Assembly (NCBI GenBank): GCA_045593965.1
Contig: JAZNXP010000157.1
Location: 1-52,938 of the forward strand
DNA length: 52,938 bases
Reading direction: 5' to 3'
From: Eubacteriales bacterium
GTDB taxonomy: Bacteria > Bacillota > Clostridia > Oscillospirales > CAG-272
In this document: one piece after another, positions 9,775-16,438 of the stretch
Layout of the letters: every line of letters starts with the position of its first letter
How positions within the stretch are numbered: position 1 is the stretch's first letter
Notes under the pieces: generated by a model
Databases searched by the model: none
The model's input: the letters and a program-made list of their open reading frames with translations, nothing else
What the model was told of the DNA's origin: nothing
Made by a program: the position numbers and the translations under genes

Positions 9775-10217
9775 CAAGCACCTCCCGTAACCAGAGCATC
9801 CACCGCTTCCTTGGCGTTTTGCTCCAATCGCTCAAGCACCGCGTAAAATTGCTCCAGCTCCTCCTCGCTCACGCCCTGCGCGATGCGTTCGTTCCAATCA
9901 CGCGCAATGCCTCTGACACGCGGCAAAAGCTCCTCGCATTTCGTTGTTGGAAAAATGCGGTAGATCCGCTTATCTCCCGCATCGGGACGGCGTTCGATAT
10001 ATCCTTTTTCTTCCAGCTGATTCAAAGTCCTTGTGACCGTGCTTTTGTTCAGGCACAAATGCTTTGCAAGCTGCTCTTGTGTCAGCCCGGGATGTCCTCC
10101 GACGGCAAGCAAGAAGCTATGGTGACATGCGCACAGCTCCTCATCCTTCATCTGCTCCCCGCGATAGATCCCCTGACATCGGCTGATCACGTTCATTCTC
10201 CTCATGATCGCAAGCAT
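9774..10217 (-). CDS. MarR-family transcriptional regulator
   Basis: Winged-HTH segment (LTQEQLAKHLCLNKSTVTRTLNQLEEKGYIERRPDAGDKR). ATG 10217 is preceded by AAGGAG at 7 nt. First gene of the marR-ABC-ABC operon. Confidence 0.85.
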   Translation of the reverse strand: MLAIMRRMNVISRCQGIYRGEQMKDEELCACHHSFLLAVGGHPGLTQEQLAKHLCLNKSTVTRTLNQLEEKGYIERRPDAGDKRIYRIFPTTKCEELLPRVRGIARDWNERIAQGVSEEELEQFYAVLERLEQNAKEAVDALVTGGA

Positions 10218-10240
10218 CTTTTTTCTCCTTCTCAAAAACC

Positions 10241-10269
10241 GTTGCAGATGCAACGGTTGCATATGCAAC
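10241..10269 (-). promoter_or_regulatory. two tandem 14-bp palindromes, probable MarR operators
   Basis: GTTGCAGATGCAAC (10241..10254) and GTTGCATATGCAAC (10256..10269), both GTTGCA-NN-TGCAAC. They lie between the -10 box and the marR RBS. Confidence 0.55.
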
Positions 10270-10270
10270 T

Positions 10271-10299
10271 ATTATAGCACGTGTTGGAATAAATTGCAA
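10271..10299 (-). promoter_or_regulatory. sigma-A type promoter of the marR-ABC operon
   Basis: On the minus strand: TTGCAA (10299..10294), 17 nt spacer, TATAAT (10276..10271). Confidence 0.6.
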
Positions 10300-10393
10300 T
10301 CCCATTTTTTTATTTTTTATCGAATTTCGTCTGTTCGCGGTACTATTTAATGAAAGAAAATGCGAAAACCTTTAAAATATTTGTAAATACCAC

Positions 10394-10422
10394 TTGCTTT
10401 TTGAAGGGAAATTGTGTATAAT
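10394..10422 (+). promoter_or_regulatory. sigma-A type promoter of ackA (extended -10)
   Basis: TTGCTT 10394..10399, 17 nt spacer ending in TGTG, TATAAT 10417..10422. Confidence 0.6.
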
Positions 10423-10497
10423 ATTATGTATCTATAAATTGAACAGCCGTAAAAAGCTGCGATCAAAAACACATAAGCAAAAGGAAGGACAATTATC

Positions 10498-11715
10498 ATG
10501 AATGTACTTGTTGTTAACGCAGGCTTTTCTTCCCTGAAATATCAGGTGATCGACACCGCCACAGGCGATCTGAAGGCAAAGGGTATTTGCGAAAGAATCG
10601 GCGCGGCAGGCTCCGCGATCGAGCATAAGATCAACGGCGAAAAATACGTCAACGAATATCCCATGCCCAATCACTCTGCCGCTATGAAGATCGTTGCGGA
10701 CACTCTGACCGATCCCAAGATGGGCTGCGTAAAGGATATGAGCGAGATCGAGGCTGTCGGACACCGCGTTGTCCACGGCGGTCCTTACTTCTTTGAGAGC
10801 TGTTTGGTTACCGATGAGGTTCTGGAAAAGCTGAAGCTCTGCTGCGATTTCGCACCTCTTCACACCCCCGCTCACCTGATGGGTATTGAGGGCTGTCTTG
10901 ACGTTATGCCCAACACCCCCCAGGTTCTGGTTTTTGATACCGCCTTCCATCAGACCATGCCCGCGTGCGCTTACACCTATCCGCTCTCCGCAGATATGAT
11001 CGAAAAATACAAGATCCGCCGCTACGGCGCACACGGAACCTCTCACCGCTACGTTTCTCAGAAAATGTGCGAGAACCTTGGCAAGGTAGAGGGCACGAAG
11101 ATCGTTACCTGCCACCTTGGAAACGGTTCTTCCATTTCCGCAGTGAAGGACGGTAAGGTCATCGATACCTCCATGGGCTTCACTCCTCTGGACGGTGTTG
11201 AAATGGGTACTCGTTGCGGCTCCATTGACCCTGCAATCGTTCCCTTCCTCATGGAGAGAGAAAACATCGCTCCCGATGCAATGAGCAACTATATGAACAA
11301 GAAGTGCGGCTTCCTCGGTCTTACCGGCATGTCCGACTCCCGTGACCTTGAGGCTGCTGTGGAGAACGGTCCGAGCGATCCCAACTATGAGGCTTGCAAT
11401 TTGGCTACCAGCGTTCTCTTCTACCAGGTCAAGAAGTTCATCGGCGCATATACCGCCGCTATGGACGGTCTGGATGCGATCGTATTCACTGCAGGTCTTG
11501 GTGAGAACAACCCCCGTCTGCGTGAGGTCGTTTGCGAAGGCCTTGGTTACTTTGGCGTAAAGATCGACAAGGAGCTCAACGCAAAGATGCTTCGTCAGTC
11601 CAACATCGTCAAGCTCTCCACTGACGACTCCAAGGTTCTCGTTTACCTCATTCCTACCAACGAAGAGCTGATGATCGCTCAGGACACCGCTCTGCTGGCA
11701 GGCAAAAAGGCTTAA
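10498..11715 (+). CDS. ackA: acetate kinase
   Basis: 405 aa. N-terminus MNVLVVNAGFSSLKYQV. Motifs HRVVHGG, RRYGAHGTSH, HLGNGSS, FTAGLGEN are typical of AckA. Confidence 0.95.
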   Translation: MNVLVVNAGFSSLKYQVIDTATGDLKAKGICERIGAAGSAIEHKINGEKYVNEYPMPNHSAAMKIVADTLTDPKMGCVKDMSEIEAVGHRVVHGGPYFFESCLVTDEVLEKLKLCCDFAPLHTPAHLMGIEGCLDVMPNTPQVLVFDTAFHQTMPACAYTYPLSADMIEKYKIRRYGAHGTSHRYVSQKMCENLGKVEGTKIVTCHLGNGSSISAVKDGKVIDTSMGFTPLDGVEMGTRCGSIDPAIVPFLMERENIAPDAMSNYMNKKCGFLGLTGMSDSRDLEAAVENGPSDPNYEACNLATSVLFYQVKKFIGAYTAAMDGLDAIVFTAGLGENNPRLREVVCEGLGYFGVKIDKELNAKMLRQSNIVKLSTDDSKVLVYLIPTNEELMIAQDTALLAGKKA

Positions 11716-11755
11716 TTATTATTCCGTTTGTTAAAAACGAAAGGATCTTTCTTTT

Positions 11756-14386
11756 ATGAAATGGACATCTCTTAACGAATTGCGTGAAAAATATTTGCAA
11801 TTCTTCGAATCCAAGGGACATCTTCGTCTCCCCTCGTATCCCTTGGTTCCCATCAATGATAAATCCCTGCTCCTGATCAACTCGGGAATGGCTCCCATGA
11901 AAAAATTCTTCACGGGCGAGGAAAAGCCGCCGCGCAACCGCGTAACGACCTGTCAGAAGTGTATCCGTACGCCCGACCTCGAGCGCGTCGGACATACCGC
12001 AAGACACGGTACGTTCTTTGAAATGCTCGGCAACTTCTCCTTTGGTGACTACTTCAAGGACGAAGCCATTCCGTGGGCTTGGGAATTTCTCACCAAAACC
12101 TTGGAGATTCCCGAGGATCTTCTCTGGCCCTCCATCTATGAAAACGATGAGGAAGCATACGAGCTTTGGCTCAACAAGGTTGGCGTTCCCGCCGAGCATA
12201 TCGTTCGTCTTGGCAAGGCAGACAACTTCTGGGAGCATGGCACGGGTCCCTGCGGTCCCTGCTCCGAGATCTATTTCGACCGCGGAATCAAATACGGCTG
12301 CGGTTCTCCCGACTGTAAGCCCGGATGTGATTGCGATCGCTATATGGAGATCTGGAACAACGTATTCTCCCAGTTCAACAACATGGGTGACGGTACTTAC
12401 ACCGAGCTTGCGCAGAAGAACATCGATACCGGTATGGGCTTGGAGCGTCTCGCTTGCATCATGCAGGGCGTTGACAATATGTTCGAGGTTGATTCGATCC
12501 GCAAGGTCATTGATAACGTCTGCGCGATCGCCGGCAAGGAATACGGCAAGGATAAGAACACCGATATTTCCATTCGCGTTGTGACCGACCATATCCGTTC
12601 CGCGACCTTCATGATCTCGGACGGTGTGATTCCCTCCAACGAGGGACGCGGCTACGTGCTTCGCCGCATTCTTCGCCGCGCTTGCCGTCACGGTAAGCTC
12701 CTCGGCATCAACCGTTCCTTCCTGCCTGAGCTTTGTCTGGTAGCCATCGGCGAATCCGAGGGCGCATACCCCGAGCTTGCCGAGAAGAAGGATTATATCC
12801 TCAAGGTCATCTCCATGGACTAGGAACGCTTTGATGCGACCATTGATGCGGGACTTTCCATTCTTTCCAATCTGATCGAGCGCGCGCACGCCGACAATGC
12901 AACCACCGTTTCGGGTGACGACGTATTCAAACTTTACGATACCTTCGGCTTCCCGATCGATCTGACGCGCGAGATCGCGCAGGAAGCAGGACTTGCCATT
13001 GATGAGGAGCGTTTTACAGCTCTGATGCAAGAGCAAAAGGTACGCGCACGCGAAGCGCGCGCCAATATCAGCGGTTGGTCCAACGCTTCCAAGAATTTGC
13101 TGACCGATCTTCCCCTGACCGAGTTCAAGGGCTATGACACGCTCTCTTGTGATGCTAAGGTGCTTGCAATTCTTTGTGATGATATGTCTGTCAACGAGGT
13201 ATCCGAGGGCGAATGCTCCGTCATTCTTGACGCAACGCCCTTCTACGGTGAAGGCGGCGGACAGGTTGGCGACACGGGCGAGCTGCTTTGCGGAAGCACA
13301 ACGCTTACCGTTACCGATACCAAAAAGACCGACGGTGTTTACATCCACCTCTGCTCCGTGGCAAACGGCGTTTTGAAGGTAGGTGACACCGTACAGGCAC
13401 AGGTGGATGCGCATCGCCGTGAAGCGATCATGAGAAACCACTCGGCATGTCACCTTTTGCAAAGTGCTTTGCGCCGCGTGCTCGGCAATCACGTTGAGCA
13501 GGCAGGCTCTTACGTTTCCGATTCGGTTTGCCGCTTTGACTTTACGCACTTTGCCGCTATGACTGCGGAAGAGCTCGCAGCCGTGGAAAGCATCGTCAAC
13601 GCCGAGATCCTGGCAGGCATGGAAGGCTCCATGACTCCCATGGAGCTGGAAGAAGCCAAGAAGCTTGGTGCTATGGCTCTCTTCGGTGAAAAATACGGCA
13701 AGATCGTTCGCGTGGTTCGCATGGGTGAAAGCTCCATCGAATTCTGCGGCGGTACACACGTCGATAATACCGCAAAGATCGGTCTGTTCAAGATCCTTTC
13801 CGAATCCTCGGTTGCCGCAGGCGTTCGCCGCATTGAAGCAACCACGGGTGAGGGTGTTCTGAAATTGCTTGCGGAAAAGAACGCATTGATCGCGCAAACC
13901 GCTAAGGAATTGAAGGTACAAAAGCCCTCTGACCTTGCAAAGCGTGCATCCCAGATGCAAGCGGAAATTGCCGCAATGAAGAAAGAGATCGACTCCCTCA
14001 ACAGCAAGATCGCCGCTTCCCGTCTGGATTCCATCATGGCAGACGCGGTTACCGTCAAATCGGTTCGTTTGGTTGCTACCGATCTTGGAGAGCTTCAGAC
14101 CGACGTTGCGCGTTCCCTGGCTGATGAGATCAAGGCTCGCTATGATGATGTTGTTGCTGTTCTCGCCGTACAGTATGACGGCAAGCTGAACTTCCTTGCT
14201 GTTGCGGGTAAGGATGCGGTTGCCGCAGGCGCACACGCCGGCAAGCTGGTCGGTGCGGTTGCCGCTGTTACAGGCGGTAAGGGCGGCGGACGTCCCGACA
14301 ACGCAATGGCAGGCGGTAAGGAGATTTCCAAAATTTCCGATGCGCTGACAAGTGCCGTAGATACGCTTAGCGGAATGTTGAAATAA
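11756..14386 (+). CDS. alaS: alanine--tRNA ligase, interrupted by one in-frame TAG at 12821..12823
   Basis: Track ORFs 11756..12823 and 13025..14386 are in the same frame. Reading through gives continuous AlaRS sequence ([22 protein letters not shown]..., [14 protein letters not shown], ...[20 protein letters not shown]..., editing-domain HSACHLL, C-terminal [12 protein letters not shown]). Total is 876 sense codons plus the internal TAG, the normal AlaRS length. Confidence 0.9.
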
Positions 14387-14393
14387 TTTTTTC

Positions 14394-14426
14394 AAGGCTA
14401 CTGTTGTTTTACAGTAGCCTTTTTTA
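14394..14426 (+). terminator. rho-independent terminator of alaS
   Basis: AAGGCTACTGT / ACAGTAGCCTT stem plus a T5 run. Confidence 0.8.
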
Positions 14427-14479
14427 TCACATTACTTCATATTTTCTTTCCTATACCAATGAAAATGTTCTTATTTCTA

Positions 14480-14508
14480 TTGACATTTTCTTGTTTTTTT
14501 GATATAAT
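14480..14508 (+). promoter_or_regulatory. sigma-A type promoter (TTGACA, 17 nt spacer, TATAAT)
   Basis: Perfect consensus hexamers at 14480..14485 and 14503..14508. Confidence 0.75.
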
Positions 14509-14552
14509 ATAGGTACGTCAACCGACGAAAAAAACATTTAAAGGAGATCGTT

Positions 14553-14990
14553 ATGAAAAAAACACTTAGAAATGTAATCGTTCTTTTGACTGCTCTTCTC
14601 CTTGTTGTGTCTCTTGCCGCTTGTGACAAGTCCGCTAACATTAAGAAAGCGTTTGAAGATGCAGGTTACACCGTAACGTCCGCAAAAGCTACCGATGACT
14701 CTGTAAAAGGTCTTCTCGATCTGCTTTTGAACGATGAGCAAATGAAGGAAGCTGAAAATTATGAGATCATTCTTTGCAAAGTTGACGGTTTGCTTAACAT
14801 CGGAAAAACCGCTGTTGTCCTGAAGGTTCCCTCTGCGGGCGACCTGAAGAACTTCCTCACGGTTGAGGATGAGGACGGCAAGAAGGATACATCCGTTTAC
14901 GACAAGGCTGTTGAAGACGGTAAGATCAACGGAAATTGCATGATCTTCACCGCAAGCAGCGAGTCTCTTGAAATTTTCAAAAAAGCATAA
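14553..14990 (+). CDS. small lipoprotein, function unknown
   Basis: Signal peptide with lipobox (LLVVSLAAC-DKS). AGGAG RBS. 145 aa. Confidence 0.7.
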   Translation: MKKTLRNVIVLLTALLLVVSLAACDKSANIKKAFEDAGYTVTSAKATDDSVKGLLDLLLNDEQMKEAENYEIILCKVDGLLNIGKTAVVLKVPSAGDLKNFLTVEDEDGKKDTSVYDKAVEDGKINGNCMIFTASSESLEIFKKA

Positions 14991-15055
14991 TAACAAGGCG
15001 CGGCATCTTTTGGATGCCGCGCTCTGTTATTCGATATGAGTTTTATATAAAAATA

Positions 15056-15100
15056 GAACCCCGCGCGGTGTTTTTTACCGTTCGGGGCTCTATCTTTTTC
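15056..15100. terminator. hairpin with T-runs on both strands (terminates rplU-prp-rpmA and possibly the lipoprotein gene)
   Basis: GAACCCCG...CGGGGCTC stem (G-U on the minus-strand RNA). T-runs follow on both strands. A second GC-rich hairpin lies at 14998..15022. Confidence 0.55.
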
Positions 15101-15107
15101 AGATTGA

Positions 15108-15389
15108 TCAGTCTGCGTAAACGCTGACCTTCTTCTGAGTCTTGGTCTTGTGCTCAAACTTTACACGACCGTCGATAAGAGCAAACAGAGTGTAGTCCTT
15201 GCCTACGCCGACGTTTTCGCCTGCGAGAACTGCGGATCCTCTTTGTCTTACGATGATGTTGCCGGCAACAACTGCCTGACCGTCAGCCTTCTTAACGCCA
15301 AGGCGCTTGGACTCACTGTCACGACCGTTTTTGGTAAAACCGACACCCTTCTTATGAGCAAAGAACTGTAAACTGAGTCTCAACATCAT
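15108..15389 (-). CDS. rpmA: 50S ribosomal protein L27 with the N-terminal propeptide typical of Firmicutes
   Basis: M(M)[31 protein letters not shown]... The LQFF/A motif is the known Prp cleavage context. The start may be the second ATG (15386). Confidence 0.95.
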   Translation of the reverse strand: MMLRLSLQFFAHKKGVGFTKNGRDSESKRLGVKKADGQAVVAGNIIVRQRGSAVLAGENVGVGKDYTLFALIDGRVKFEHKTKTQKKVSVYAD

Positions 15390-15443
15390 TCTTTTCCTCC
15401 TGATTTTGTTTGTGACCTTTCGGTCTCTTTGCTGCGACGAAGC

Positions 15444-15806
15444 TTATTCCTCGTACGGTACGTCTTTTACCGATACGTCTAAGTAATCTCCGTATTCCTC
15501 CAGCATGTCACTGAGCTGACAATAATATCCCATCATGATCCCCGATACCGCATACCGCTTATAATCATCCGACTCATAATCAGGCAATGCCGCTTTCGCG
15601 CGCACCCGAATGCGTGTGTCGTTGTCCTCAATGTCATAATCGACCGAGGATGCGTATGCGACCTCAATGGTATTGATCAGAAACATCGTCATCGACGAGA
15701 GCGCCGCGCACAAAATATCGTCGCCTGCTTCTCCGTATCCCGTGTGACCCTGCTCTTCAAATCCGTAGAATACCCCGCCGCTTCTGAAAAACACGATTTT
15801 CGTCAT
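15444..15806 (-). CDS. prp: ribosomal-processing cysteine protease Prp (YsxB/DUF464 family)
   Basis: 120 aa between rplU and rpmA. GHTGYGEAGDDILCAALSS carries the conserved His and Cys. The position is conserved. Confidence 0.85.
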   Translation of the reverse strand: MTKIVFFRSGGVFYGFEEQGHTGYGEAGDDILCAALSSMTMFLINTIEVAYASSVDYDIEDNDTRIRVRAKAALPDYESDDYKRYAVSGIMMGYYCQLSDMLEEYGDYLDVSVKDVPYEE

Positions 15807-15825
15807 GTCCGCTTCGGTTGGTTGA

Positions 15826-16137
15826 TCAACCCTCGATCTTCAGAATCTGAACCTTCGTAAAAGGCTGTCTGTGACCGATCTTCTTCTTCTCGTTCTTCTT
15901 GGACTTGTACTTGATCACGTAGATCTTCTTGTTCTTACCGTTCTTGAGCACCTTGGCCGTAACCTTAGCGCCTGCAACAGTGGGAGTACCTGCCTTGAAG
16001 CCGTTGTCGTCGGACAATGCCATAACGCTGTCGAAAACGATTTCGTCTCCTTCATTGGCGTCGAGCTTTTCAACAAAGATGATGTCCTGCTCGATTACTT
16101 TGTACTGCTTTCCGCCGGTCTGAATTACTGCAAACAC
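15826..16137 (-). CDS. rplU: 50S ribosomal protein L21
   Basis: (M)FAVIQTGGKQYKV... GTG start 16137 with AGAGAGG upstream. The track's longer 123-aa N-terminus has no L21 counterpart. Confidence 0.95.
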   Translation of the reverse strand: MFAVIQTGGKQYKVIEQDIIFVEKLDANEGDEIVFDSVMALSDDNGFKAGTPTVAGAKVTAKVLKNGKNKKIYVIKYKSKKNEKKKIGHRQPFTKVQILKIEG

Positions 16138-16226
16138 GAAAAGCACCTCTCTTTCTGATAGTCTCGCTGAATAATGGCGGTGCTTTTTTTGGCACACTTA
16201 AAAAAGCCATTTTCACGCGGCAAATT
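16138..16226 (-). promoter_or_regulatory. rplU 5' leader with an SD-sequestering helix (L21-leader-like)
   Basis: In the minus-strand RNA, AAAAGCACC (complement of 16179..16187) is perfectly complementary to GGTGCTTTT (complement of 16139..16147). The latter spans the 3' end of the SD and abuts the GTG start. Confidence 0.5.
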
Positions 16227-16255
16227 ATTATACCATTTATTCGATCGCTTGTCAA
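16227..16255 (-). promoter_or_regulatory. sigma-A type promoter of rplU-prp-rpmA (TTGACA, 17 nt spacer, TATAAT)
   Basis: On the minus strand: TTGACA (16255..16250), 17 nt spacer, TATAAT (16232..16227). Confidence 0.75.
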
Positions 16256-16374
16256 GACCTTTTTTGATCATTTTTAAAAATATTTTTCTTTTTTTTCAAT
16301 CATACTATTATCATCCCGCTTTTTTCTCCTATTTTAGAAATTATGTAAATTTTATTAAAAATCAGCGAACACTA

Positions 16375-16403
16375 TTGACAATCATGTGATTGTGTTGTAT
16401 AAT
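16375..16403 (+). promoter_or_regulatory. sigma-A type promoter (TTGACA, 17 nt spacer, TATAAT)
   Basis: Perfect hexamers at 16375..16380 and 16398..16403, upstream of the P-type ATPase. Confidence 0.75.
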
Positions 16404-16438
16404 TATAGCAACTTCAAAATTCTCAAGGAGGAATTGTT

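Noticed and set aside
10381-10400. Possible CcpA cre site or Rex box upstream of ackA (TTGTAAATACCACTTGC)
   Set aside because: It lacks the central CG of cre, and the right half does not match the Rex half-site.
12821-12823. Pyrrolysine or another specific amino acid encoded by the alaS TAG
   Set aside because: There are no pyl genes, PYLIS-like context or suppressor tRNA in this window, and the aligned position is an ordinary acidic residue. This cannot be supported from the sequence available, so it is kept only as something to test genome-wide.
12824-13024. alaS as a naturally split two-subunit enzyme
   Set aside because: There is no start codon with an SD between the TAG and 13025. Restarting at 13025 would remove conserved residues, and both parts are in the same frame, which points to a point substitution rather than a split-gene design.
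11654-14395. 913-aa minus-strand ORF covering the end of ackA and all of alaS
   Set aside because: It is codon-aligned antisense to alaS. The translation is low-complexity with no motifs, and there is no RBS. Its openness is explained by the absence of TTA/CTA/TCA codons in alaS.
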